Source: a virus
Length of the DNA: 35,824 nucleotides
Virus record (IMG/VR): IMGVR_UViG_3300033616_000003
Direction: 5' to 3' (one strand)
In this document: piece after piece, positions 14,163-21,633 of the stretch
How the letters are laid out: every line of letters starts with the position of its first letter
Numbering within the stretch: position 1 is the stretch's first letter
The notes under the pieces: model-generated
Seen by the model: only the letters and a program-made list of their open reading frames with translations
Told to the model about the DNA's origin: nothing
Database searches by the model: none
Made by a program: the position numbers and the translations under genes

Positions 14163-14424
14163 TTAATCTTTCCTCCAATCTATTTATTTTTCCTTCATAA
14201 TGTTTAGTTATTTCTTCTTCAGCAACTTCGCCGTAGAATTCTACCATTTGTTCAATCATAATTTGCACATCTGCTATTTCTTCATACATAGCATTTGGAT
14301 TGCCTGTTCTATGCAATTTTGATACAGCTTGTATTAACTCTGCACACTCTTCCATTAACATTATTGATTGAGCGTTAAATCCCCACTTTTGTAATGCTTT
14401 ATTATATATTTGCTTTCTTTTCAT
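14140..14424 (-). CDS. MazG-like nucleotide pyrophosphohydrolase
   Basis: EECAELIQAVSKLHR and EEIADVQIMIEQM match the MazG EExxE / acidic helix motifs. I moved the start to ATG 14424, behind aaggagga. Confidence 0.65.
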   Translation of the reverse strand: MKRKQIYNKALQKWGFNAQSIMLMEECAELIQAVSKLHRTGNPNAMYEEIADVQIMIEQMVEFYGEVAEEEITKHYEGKINRLEERLNERKADI

Positions 14425-14740
14425 TGTTATCCTCCTTAGCTGCATAAGCTATAATTGAATAACCTGCAATATCTTTATTAGGGTCTTCATCCATCAAGTC
14501 ACCTTTAGGATTGCTAAATATCCTCGCTTGCTTATCTATTACCCTTGCCTGCCTTGCTATAACATCTATCATTTCTTCTGGTATAGTGTATGTTCCATCA
14601 TTATTGCTGTAAGGTTCTAGAAACACCTTTAATATGCGTTCTGTGTTGTTGATGCTATTTCCATACGCTTGGTTTTTCCTATCGACTAAACTTCCTATTT
14701 GAATAGCTATTTTTTCATATTTTCCTTTTTGTTGGTTCAT
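14402..14740 (-). CDS. DUF1599/MazG-related all-alpha protein (tentative)
   Basis: DRKNQAYGNS ... IDVIARQARVIDKQARI resembles the DUF1599 pattern (KN.DYG ... R..DK..R). RBS ggaggaggg is present. Confidence 0.4.
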   Translation of the reverse strand: MNQQKGKYEKIAIQIGSLVDRKNQAYGNSINNTERILKVFLEPYSNNDGTYTIPEEMIDVIARQARVIDKQARIFSNPKGDLMDEDPNKDIAGYSIIAYAAKEDNNEKKANI

Positions 14741-14862
14741 TTATTCCCTCCTCCGATAATTTAACATCTATATCTTCCGCTAAACTAATCGCATAATCAT
14801 AAATAAACATATTACCAGTTTGGTCTGCAATAAAGCTAGAAACTAAAAACATAAATCTTAAT

Positions 14863-15336
14863 TTAAGTATTGTCATTATCTTCCCTCCAATGATGCAAAC
14901 AAGTATAAGCTATTGCTATTGCGTCAGCTTCATCTTTCTGTACATTTTCAATGCCATACTTGCTGCACACTAATTGATTAATATCATCTTTGCTGGCTCT
15001 ACCATCTCCTGTAAATATCTTTTTAATATGAGCCGGTGCATATCCTCCTATTTCAACCTTGCCGTTCATCAGCATTACAGTTCTGTATATTCCTAAAAAG
15101 TTTGATGTGCTTCTCAAAGTCTTTCTATTAGGACCATAAGGTTTTTCAAATCCAAAGTAATCAAAATCTTTCTCACATAACTCATTAAAAAATTTGATGA
15201 CATTTGTATCTCTATCTGTGCCAGTTTTCTTAAATATAAAATCACCGCTATCTATCAACTTATCATTTTCTGATATTATCGCCCACCCACAATGATTGCT
15301 TGTAGTTATGCCCGGATCAATCGATAGTATATTCAA
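14863..15336 (-). CDS. ruvC: RuvC-like Holliday junction resolvase
   Basis: ILSIDPGITTSN at the N-terminus and DEADAIAIAY near the C-terminus are typical RuvC-fold catalytic motifs. The start is TTG behind aaaagggtga. Confidence 0.7.
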   Translation of the reverse strand: MNILSIDPGITTSNHCGWAIISENDKLIDSGDFIFKKTGTDRDTNVIKFFNELCEKDFDYFGFEKPYGPNRKTLRSTSNFLGIYRTVMLMNGKVEIGGYAPAHIKKIFTGDGRASKDDINQLVCSKYGIENVQKDEADAIAIAYTCLHHWREDNDNT

Positions 15337-15355
15337 TTAATCACCCTTTTAAATT

Positions 15356-15404
15356 GAGAAGCAAGGCAATGTCTAACTGCTAGCCTCACAGTACCTCACT
15401 TCTC
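15356..15404 (-). other. strong 11-bp stem-loop in the ssb-ruvC intergenic region
   Basis: On the minus-strand RNA, GAGAAGUGAGG pairs with CCUUGCUUCUC (two G:U pairs) around a 27-nt loop. The segment is locally about 50 percent G+C. No U-tract follows. Confidence 0.5.
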
Positions 15405-15451
15405 TGTCGGCTAAAAATCTAATAAAAATTAAATGTCGGTATTTAGTCTAA

Positions 15452-15832
15452 TTAAAAACTATCATTAAAATCATCAAAGTCGTCAATTACTTCATTTGAA
15501 TCTCGTTGAGTATCTTTAGCAAAATCTAAAAATCTAACATTATCAGCATTCACTTCTGGATTAATATATTTTCTGCCATCACTTTCTGACTTTCTAATTT
15601 GCAATTGACCATCAATGCCAACTAATCTTCCTTTTCCTAAATGTTTGGCACAATTTTCGGCAAGTCCTCTCCAAGTTACAATATTAATGAAATCTGTGTC
15701 AGTTTCGCCATTCTTTTTAGTATAATTTCTATCAACTGCAATTGTGAAGTTGCAAACTGGTGTGCCTGAATTAGTCATTCTCAATTCTGGATTCCTTGTC
15801 AACCTTCCAATTAATACAATTCTATTTAACAT
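15452..15832 (-). CDS. ssb: single-stranded DNA-binding protein
   Basis: MLNRIVLIGRLTRNPELR is an OB-fold N-terminus, and the protein has an acidic tail ending DDFDDFNDSF. Confidence 0.9.
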   Translation of the reverse strand: MLNRIVLIGRLTRNPELRMTNSGTPVCNFTIAVDRNYTKKNGETDTDFINIVTWRGLAENCAKHLGKGRLVGIDGQLQIRKSESDGRKYINPEVNADNVRFLDFAKDTQRDSNEVIDDFDDFNDSF

Positions 15833-15843
15833 TTAACCACTCC

Positions 15844-16140
15844 TTAATTATTTGATAACCACTCTATATACTCATCAATAGTTTCAAAAACAAATACATC
15901 TAATCTATTAAAATGATTAATTGCATCATCAATTAAACCTGTTATATTATGATTCGAACCATTAAACCATACATCACCTTGAAGTCTAACAAAAGCAAAA
16001 GCATCTTCCTCAAAATCAACTTTAGAAAGTTTATAAATATCTCCACTTTCATCTTTGATAGCAATAATATAACAATTTTCTTTAAATATTCTACCTGCTG
16101 TTACTGAATCAACATTTCTTCTAGTAGTTACTTTTAACAT
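15844..16140 (-). CDS. hypothetical protein
   Basis: 98-aa ORF with RBS aggagggga upstream. I recognised no motif. Confidence 0.5.
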   Translation of the reverse strand: MLKVTTRRNVDSVTAGRIFKENCYIIAIKDESGDIYKLSKVDFEEDAFAFVRLQGDVWFNGSNHNITGLIDDAINHFNRLDVFVFETIDEYIEWLSNN

Positions 16141-16154
16141 TTAATCCCCTCCTA

Positions 16155-16787
16155 TTATCTAACTGGACAAATACCACTTTCACAGCCTTCTCCTAAATCC
16201 CTCTCAACATCATCTGGATTTAAATTTACATCTACACTAACATTATTTTCAATTTTAGTATTTTTGACAATAACTTCTTCGCTTTTGTTAGCCACTACAC
16301 CTTTGCTGTTCTGATATTTGCCATTGTACTCTTGTTCAACTGGACTGCTCAACTTATACAATACCAACTGTGCTATTCTTGCACCTTCTTTTAACTGAAT
16401 AACATTGTCGCTGTTATTAACTATCTCAAGTGTTATATTCCCCTTAAATCCAGCGTCTATCCATCCAGCAGTCAAATGTACCTCTAAGCCCATTCGTGCG
16501 ATAGATGACCTTCCTGTGACTTCTCCAACTAAGTGTGCTGGAATGTTAACCCATTCTGCTGTACTTGCTAATACAAAATCATTTGGCTGTAATTTGTAAT
16601 CTTCTACTGCCACCTCAAAAGTTTTGACTTCTTCATGTACTGTATATTCCCTGCCACTTGTGGGGATAAGTAGTTTATCCCCTAAAGTTAAATCTAAGCT
16701 GCAAGGTTGCAAATTACTTTTTATAAAAGGTTCAACTATACTATGTTCAACGACTTCTGCTTTGAAATCTTTATCTGATAATATCAA
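16155..16787 (-). CDS. dcd: dCTP deaminase (Dcd/dUTPase superfamily) with a C-terminal extension
   Basis: SLDLTLG, GRSSIARMGLEVHLTAGWIDAGFKGNITLEIVN and NGKYQNSKG match Dcd signatures. The start is TTG behind gggagga. There are about 40 extra C-terminal residues ending GEGCESGICPVR. Confidence 0.75.
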   Translation of the reverse strand: MILSDKDFKAEVVEHSIVEPFIKSNLQPCSLDLTLGDKLLIPTSGREYTVHEEVKTFEVAVEDYKLQPNDFVLASTAEWVNIPAHLVGEVTGRSSIARMGLEVHLTAGWIDAGFKGNITLEIVNNSDNVIQLKEGARIAQLVLYKLSSPVEQEYNGKYQNSKGVVANKSEEVIVKNTKIENNVSVDVNLNPDDVERDLGEGCESGICPVR

Positions 16788-16903
16788 ATTTTATCCTCCC
16801 TCTCTGCTCTCTCGTCTACCCACACAAAACACATTTCATGCATACCGTCAATTTCTTTTTCATCCGGCTTGATTTCTTGTTTGCACTTTTTGCATTTATT
16901 CAT
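16784..16903 (-). CDS. Cys-containing microprotein (39 aa, not in the ORF track)
   Basis: My translation is MNKCKKCKQEIKPDEKEIDGMHEMCFVWVDERAEREDKI. Overlapping start/stop signals couple it to both neighbouring genes. Confidence 0.4.
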   Translation of the reverse strand: MNKCKKCKQEIKPDEKEIDGMHEMCFVWVDERAEREDKI

Positions 16904-17066
16904 TCCACATAACCTCTGCAATTGCCCCTAAATTATGAACAACACATTCTTCAGTATCTTTGTCAAACCAAGCACAATTTTCTTTTTCACATTTATACTC
17001 TTTATTATTAGTAATATTATCAGCATTTATATTTTTATTATTAAACTTCAAAGGACATATTATCAT
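16896..17066 (-). CDS. Cys-containing small protein (56 aa, not in the ORF track)
   Basis: My translation is MIICPLKFNNKNINADNITNNKEYKCEKENCAWFDKDTEECVVHNLGAIAEVMWNE. It starts 2 nt after the upstream stop codon. Confidence 0.4.
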   Translation of the reverse strand: MIICPLKFNNKNINADNITNNKEYKCEKENCAWFDKDTEECVVHNLGAIAEVMWNE

Positions 17067-17067
17067 T

Positions 17068-17256
17068 TTATAACCCCTTTCTAATTTTAAGCAACCATTC
17101 AGCTGGCTTGTCAGTTAACTTTTCCATTGCTTCAAAAAACTTGATTACAAAATTAGGCAGCTTTTTAGGATATCGCTTGCTGGTGATAGCTTGGTATTGG
17201 TCGGGATAGTCAGTTTTTAATTCTTCTTCAATGGAAACTTTCAACACTTTCATCAC
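17068..17256 (-). CDS. small hypothetical protein
   Basis: 62-aa ORF behind aggagg. The exact start codon is ambiguous (GTG, ATG or GTG within 12 nt). Confidence 0.5.
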   Translation of the reverse strand: MMKVLKVSIEEELKTDYPDQYQAITSKRYPKKLPNFVIKFFEAMEKLTDKPAEWLLKIRKGL

Positions 17257-17267
17257 CTCCTAATTAT

Positions 17268-17296
17268 ATTATATAGCACATATTCCAATAAGTCAA
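17268..17296 (-). promoter_or_regulatory. possible promoter, TTGACT-17-TATAAT
   Basis: The hexamers and spacing are perfect or near-perfect. However, the predicted start site falls on the downstream Shine-Dalgarno sequence, so function is doubtful. Confidence 0.35.
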
Positions 17297-17309
17297 GCTA
17301 TTTTAATAA

Positions 17310-18641
17310 TTATTTTCTCAATATTTCAATTTTATTTTTCATTCCCATATCCAACTCATAACCATCCTCCCAACGAACAATATCTTTGTAGAAATACATC
17401 TTGCAGACACCTGTCCCCGATGTTCTTCCTTTCTCCTGTATCATCTCGCCTAATACTCTATTCCCTCTAGTTTTGTTCTGTTTTTCAATAGACTTTTCTT
17501 CTAAATAATCCGGTCTGTGCAACAACCATATTTCATCAGCTGTTTCCTCAATTTCACCGCCACCTCTCATATCGCTCATTTGTGGTCGCTTGCCTTCTTT
17601 GTGATTACTTCTTGTCAACTGCGAAACTAGAATAATCGGCACATTAAGCTGTAATGCAAGACTTCTAAGGCTTCGACATATACCACCTATTTCTCGCACC
17701 ATATTAGCTCTCTTGTCATATCCTATATTTTGCAGATAATCTACAACTATCACATCGAGTTGGCCCATATCCTTGTTAATTTTTCTGCAAACAGCTGCGA
17801 TGTCATCAACATTCATATTTCTTTTTTCGCTGATGAATAAGTTTTTCTCATACTTATCTAATATATTATAAGCATTAGCAATAGCATTTTGTTGAACCTC
17901 TGATAATTTTTGAGCCTTGTCATAGTCATTAGCAGGCACACAACTTTCGCTAACTATTAAGCGATCAACCACTTCTTTTGCGTCCATTTCAAGCGATATC
18001 ATAGCTGCTTTGCCACCATTGAATAATATATTTCTCATCACCTTAATCGCAAAAGCTGTCTTACCTACCGACGAGTTAGCTCCTAATACCGTAAGGTGTT
18101 TTCGCTTAAGTCCGCCCCACTTGTTGTCTATCTGATACAATCCAGTCTTAACGCTATCATCACCTTCACCTTCTAATCGCTCCACATAGTTGCCATACGC
18201 CTTGATTAGAGCATCGCCAAGCAGGTAGTTAGTTTCGTCATTATCCAGCTCTGAAGTAACTTTAAATATCATTTCTTGCGATTTGTGTAGATACTCGTCA
18301 ATATCTAAATCTTTCTTTTTTGCTAAGTTATAAATATCTTTGCTGACACTTTTTAGATTGTGTCTAATATAATTTTTGTGCAGCAAATTTAAACTATCAT
18401 CAAACTCGTGAAATAAGTCTTTTTCTGGCAGTTCGTCAGCAGCAACTTCTACTTCAGTCGCTAGCTTAACTATGCTTAACTGTTCGTTATTATTCCTTTT
18501 TTTAACTATCCAATTATATATTTTCTTCATCTTATTATCAGTAAAATAATTAGGTTTACATTTTTGTATTAAATCATCAGCTAACTCTGGATCAGCAAGT
18601 GTCGCAGCTATCACATTTTTTTCTAACTCAACTTGATTCAA
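17310..18641 (-). CDS. dnaB: DnaB-type replicative helicase
   Basis: Walker A GANSSVGKTAFA, Walker B-like LDVIVVDYLQ and ILVSQLTR are present. Length and the N-terminal domain are typical of DnaB. Confidence 0.85.
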   Translation of the reverse strand: MNQVELEKNVIAATLADPELADDLIQKCKPNYFTDNKMKKIYNWIVKKRNNNEQLSIVKLATEVEVAADELPEKDLFHEFDDSLNLLHKNYIRHNLKSVSKDIYNLAKKKDLDIDEYLHKSQEMIFKVTSELDNDETNYLLGDALIKAYGNYVERLEGEGDDSVKTGLYQIDNKWGGLKRKHLTVLGANSSVGKTAFAIKVMRNILFNGGKAAMISLEMDAKEVVDRLIVSESCVPANDYDKAQKLSEVQQNAIANAYNILDKYEKNLFISEKRNMNVDDIAAVCRKINKDMGQLDVIVVDYLQNIGYDKRANMVREIGGICRSLRSLALQLNVPIILVSQLTRSNHKEGKRPQMSDMRGGGEIEETADEIWLLHRPDYLEEKSIEKQNKTRGNRVLGEMIQEKGRTSGTGVCKMYFYKDIVRWEDGYELDMGMKNKIEILRK

Positions 18642-18643
18642 AC

Positions 18644-19138
18644 CTATTCCCCCTCATAATATTCGCATTCATCTAGATTATAATCAAATCTGCATCTACC
18701 TACACTACATATTCTACAAAATTCATCTCTAACATTTTTAGGTTCTTCACCGGTGAATTTTGACCTGTATTCTGTAAATGATCCAAACTCTTTTTTGAAA
18801 AAATATAGTGATGGATATTCTATCATTTTTTCTTTAGCAAAATCAACTATACCTTTATAATCTAATATCCCATTTTTAATACACTTTAAAGTTACATAAT
18901 TTATCTCATCAATATCAAATTTATCATGAAAATTGGTTGATTGTTTTTTAAGTTTATCTTCTCCAAAAACTTCAATTATCATATTATTCCAACTATCATA
19001 TACTTTGTAGATAGTATGCAGGCTTGGATATTTATCATTATGTGCTGAAAAATCTTGAAATTTTACACTTGAAAAACTATTCATTTCCTTTTTAGCTTTT
19101 ATAATGGCTTTTGGAATATTATCCTTATTCCATTGCAA
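18644..19138 (-). CDS. protein with two homing-endonuclease-associated-type repeats and a C-terminal Cys cluster
   Basis: YPSLHTIYKVYDSWNNMI and YPSLYFFKKEFGSFTEY resemble the P-S-x-x-x-I/F-x-x-x-F-G-S-W repeat. The C-terminus has CRICSVGRCRFDYNLDEC. TTG start. Confidence 0.4.
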   Translation of the reverse strand: MQWNKDNIPKAIIKAKKEMNSFSSVKFQDFSAHNDKYPSLHTIYKVYDSWNNMIIEVFGEDKLKKQSTNFHDKFDIDEINYVTLKCIKNGILDYKGIVDFAKEKMIEYPSLYFFKKEFGSFTEYRSKFTGEEPKNVRDEFCRICSVGRCRFDYNLDECEYYEGE

Positions 19139-19169
19139 GTTATCACTTCCTTTCTAAGTATAGCATAAA

Positions 19170-19358
19170 TTATTTATTTTGTCTAATTGTAAATTCTAAT
19201 GCTTCTTTAGCGATTAAGTTATAATTATCAGTTATAAATTTATCAATAACTTCTTCATCAACGCCACAATCTTTCAACTTATTAGCCGTTCTTATAATAT
19301 CTAATTTATAATCATCCCACCACTTATAAAACTCAACATGTACTTCTGGTAATTCCAT
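19170..19358 (-). CDS. small hypothetical protein
   Basis: 62-aa ORF, tightly packed with its neighbours. Confidence 0.45.
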   Translation of the reverse strand: MELPEVHVEFYKWWDDYKLDIIRTANKLKDCGVDEEVIDKFITDNYNLIAKEALEFTIRQNK

Positions 19359-19372
19359 TTTTATATCCCCCT

Positions 19373-19852
19373 TTAATTTTCAACTGGATTAATAACTTTA
19401 TCATTATCAATAATAAATGGCTCACCCTGCTTATAATTGCTATATGTGCCGTGTATTACAAAGCCCGCCATATAACTAACACCTCTACTTGCATCACTCT
19501 GGCATATCTTTTTGGCCTTCTCCAGTGATATATTCTCATTACATAATTGCTTTGAACCTCTAGCCCCACGTTTGCTGAAAATGAATACATCATAAGTCTG
19601 CTGGTTAAGATATTTATTAATTATTTGCTTGCCAAAGTTCCCTCTAACATTTGCAATATCTATTTCATCATCAATTGCAATATAATTATTCTTAATCGCC
19701 CACTTTACTAAAAATCTATCTGGATCATTATAAGTTTCGGCTTCTTTTAAATAAGTTTCAACCTTAGTTTTAGCTAGCAATTTACCACCTCTTTCTAGTA
19801 AGCAGTTTATAGTGTTGCTTAGCACTTGCTTGTTATTGATTAGCTTTTTCAA
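19373..19852 (-). CDS. hypothetical protein
   Basis: 159-aa ORF. The TTG start overlaps the preceding 43-aa ORF, so the true start is uncertain. Confidence 0.45.
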   Translation of the reverse strand: MKKLINNKQVLSNTINCLLERGGKLLAKTKVETYLKEAETYNDPDRFLVKWAIKNNYIAIDDEIDIANVRGNFGKQIINKYLNQQTYDVFIFSKRGARGSKQLCNENISLEKAKKICQSDASRGVSYMAGFVIHGTYSNYKQGEPFIIDNDKVINPVEN

Positions 19853-19964
19853 TTATAGCTTGCTTCTTTTCTTTATTCTTAATATAACCACCTGTATCTA
19901 AACATTTAACTTTATTGCCATTAACCTCAAAATATAATCCATTAAAAAATACTTTACTTTTCAT
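19833..19964 (-). CDS. small hypothetical protein (43 aa, not in the ORF track)
   Basis: My translation is MKSKVFFNGLYFEVNGNKVKCLDTGGYIKNKEKKQAIIEKANQ. RBS gaggggg lies 7 nt upstream. Confidence 0.45.
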   Translation of the reverse strand: MKSKVFFNGLYFEVNGNKVKCLDTGGYIKNKEKKQAIIEKANQ

Positions 19965-20010
19965 TTTTATTCCCCCTCAATTTATTGCGTTTTCCTCATC
20001 TGTTAATACT

Positions 20011-20039
20011 ATTATATATGATAAAACACAACTTGTCAG
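20011..20039 (-). promoter_or_regulatory. sigma-A-type promoter, cTGACA-17-TATAAT
   Basis: The -35 is at 20034-20039 and the -10 at 20011-20016 on the minus strand. Confidence 0.5.
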
Positions 20040-20052
20040 GGGAATATTATAA

Positions 20053-20847
20053 TTAATTCAAATCTGCATAATAATCTATTTTTTCTTCCATCTGCTTAGG
20101 CGAGTAACCTTGATCCTCTTTCATTCTAGTTTCTAATTTAACAGCTTGTTTCCTCAACTTTCCAGCTGATAATATATTCTTATACCAGAAATCATCCTCC
20201 TGACACCAATCAATTATCTCCTTAATTTCATCCCAACTATATCCACTATCCCCACCAACTGTGCCTAATCTATGAAGACGGTCCATTGCTAACGACCAAC
20301 TTTGCATCTGCTTAGGCGAGTCTTTAGGAACAGGCTGGTTAGGGATGTTAGACTTAATTTTCTTTTTGAGATACATTGCTAACTGATAAGGTTTGCTGTT
20401 TTTATCAAATTTAACTTTATTGTTCTGACTTTTAGAGTCGGAACAAGAAGTATTACTTTGTTTATTAGTTCTTTGTTCAATGTGTTCTTTATTTATATCC
20501 CCCTTTTCCACCTTTGGATTATCCACACTTGGTTTTTCTAAGTCTGGATTTTCTAACTGTGGAGTTTCATAAACTTCATACTCATGAACAAACTTTCCTT
20601 CATCATTTTTATACTTTCTATAAACTATATAACCAGCTTCTTTTAATTCTTTAATGCCGCTTCTAAGTGATGTTATACCATCGCTGGCGTGTCTTTTGAT
20701 CTCGCTAGTCTTAACCTCCCAGTCTGGTGGCAATGATAATAAATAGACAAGTATTCCTCTAGCTTTCCAACTAAGACCATCGTCTTGCAATGTATTATTA
20801 TCTAATACTGTAAAATTATCTTCTTTTTTGTTGCGATATACGCCCAT
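20053..20847 (-). CDS. DnaD-like replication initiator / replisome organizer
   Basis: The N-terminal wHTH-like segment is FTVLDNNTLQDDGLSWKARGILVYLLSLPPDWEVKTSEIKRHASDGITSLRSGIKELKEAGYI. It has a C-terminal helical domain and ends QMEEKIDYYADLN. Confidence 0.6.
   Translation of the reverse strand: MGVYRNKKEDNFTVLDNNTLQDDGLSWKARGILVYLLSLPPDWEVKTSEIKRHASDGITSLRSGIKELKEAGYIVYRKYKNDEGKFVHEYEVYETPQLENPDLEKPSVDNPKVEKGDINKEHIEQRTNKQSNTSCSDSKSQNNKVKFDKNSKPYQLAMYLKKKIKSNIPNQPVPKDSPKQMQSWSLAMDRLHRLGTVGGDSGYSWDEIKEIIDWCQEDDFWYKNILSAGKLRKQAVKLETRMKEDQGYSPKQMEEKIDYYADLN
20497..20571. repeat. degenerate 15-bp periodic repeats inside the organizer gene (for example acttggtttttctaa / gtctggattttctaa)
   Basis: Read directly. 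They encode the linker PQLENPDLEKPSVDNPKVEKGD. The two central units match at 11 of 15 positions. Confidence 0.6.
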
Positions 20848-21386
20848 TAAATCACTTCCTCATGTTCAGCTTCATTTTTAATATAATTTACATCATTTTT
20901 ATCTAATCTAAACCACTCACCATTAACTCTTTTATTTTCGAATTTATTATGAAGAAATTTTTCTAACTTATAAATAGCTTTGTGTTTTATTTTATTTTCA
21001 ACAGTTATATTAAATGGAAGTTTTGGAGTTAATTGATTAAGCCTTTTATCCATATTAGTGGTAACTCCGATTTTATAAATATTATCTTCTTTAGATTTCA
21101 ACAAATAAACTATTCCCTCTTTATATTTTGTTTTATTTTTATTTCTATTGACAGCGTCTTCATATGTTTTATTGACAAACTCTCTAGCTTCATTATTTTC
21201 GTTTTTAATATAATCTTCATCAGCTAATTCTAAATATTTCTGCATTTCTTTAATCATTTCTTTTACCTCTGTTTTTGGTGGCATCTCTAAACCACCATTG
21301 ATAAATACTTTAACTTTTTCACCTTCGATTGAAATTTCTTTAACCATAAACGGCATATGCTCTCTAAAATATTTCACACTTATCAC
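20847..21386 (-). CDS. T5orf172 / GIY-YIG-like domain protein
   Basis: GIVYLLKSKEDNIYKIGVTTNMDKRLNQL ... NGEWFRL matches the T5orf172 (MUG113-like) pattern in the C-terminal half. Confidence 0.6.
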   Translation of the reverse strand: MISVKYFREHMPFMVKEISIEGEKVKVFINGGLEMPPKTEVKEMIKEMQKYLELADEDYIKNENNEAREFVNKTYEDAVNRNKNKTKYKEGIVYLLKSKEDNIYKIGVTTNMDKRLNQLTPKLPFNITVENKIKHKAIYKLEKFLHNKFENKRVNGEWFRLDKNDVNYIKNEAEHEEVI

Positions 21387-21394
21387 TCCATTTT

Positions 21395-21556
21395 TTAATA
21401 TTTTATTTCTTCTAAATATTCGTCTAGATCGTCTTCTTTAATTCTAAATCCTTTACCAACTTTGTAAGCATCAATCTTTCTTTCTCTAATGTATCTTCTA
21501 ACTGTATCTGGATGCAAATCTAATATTTTTGCAACTTCCTCAACTTTATAAAACAT
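21395..21556 (-). CDS. small HTH DNA-binding protein (excisionase/MerR-type HTH_17; 53 aa, not in the ORF track)
   Basis: My translation is MFYKVEEVAKILDLHPDTVRRYIRERKIDAYKVGKGFRIKEDDLDEYLEEIKY. RBS gaggggaggg is present. Confidence 0.65.
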   Translation of the reverse strand: MFYKVEEVAKILDLHPDTVRRYIRERKIDAYKVGKGFRIKEDDLDEYLEEIKY

Positions 21557-21580
21557 CTCTTTCCCTCCCCTCTACTTTAT

Positions 21581-21608
21581 ATTATATCATATAATCTTAT
21601 ATTATCAA
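21581..21608 (-). promoter_or_regulatory. sigma-A-type promoter, TTGATA-16-TGaTATAAT (extended -10)
   Basis: The -35 is at 21603-21608 and the -10 at 21581-21586 on the minus strand. Confidence 0.5.
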
Positions 21609-21633
21609 GTGATAAGTGCATGAATAATGCAAT

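Noticed and set aside
14741-14862. Possible 45-aa ORF starting at ATG 14852 in the ruvC-downstream gap
   Set aside because: It has no RBS. It runs out of frame into the next gene, whose own start has a strong ggaggaggg site. I found no convincing promoter there either.
21395-21556. Calling the HTH_17 protein an excisionase, implying a lysogeny module
   Set aside because: No integrase, attP-like repeat set or repressor is present anywhere in the circle. The fold alone does not justify an Xis call.
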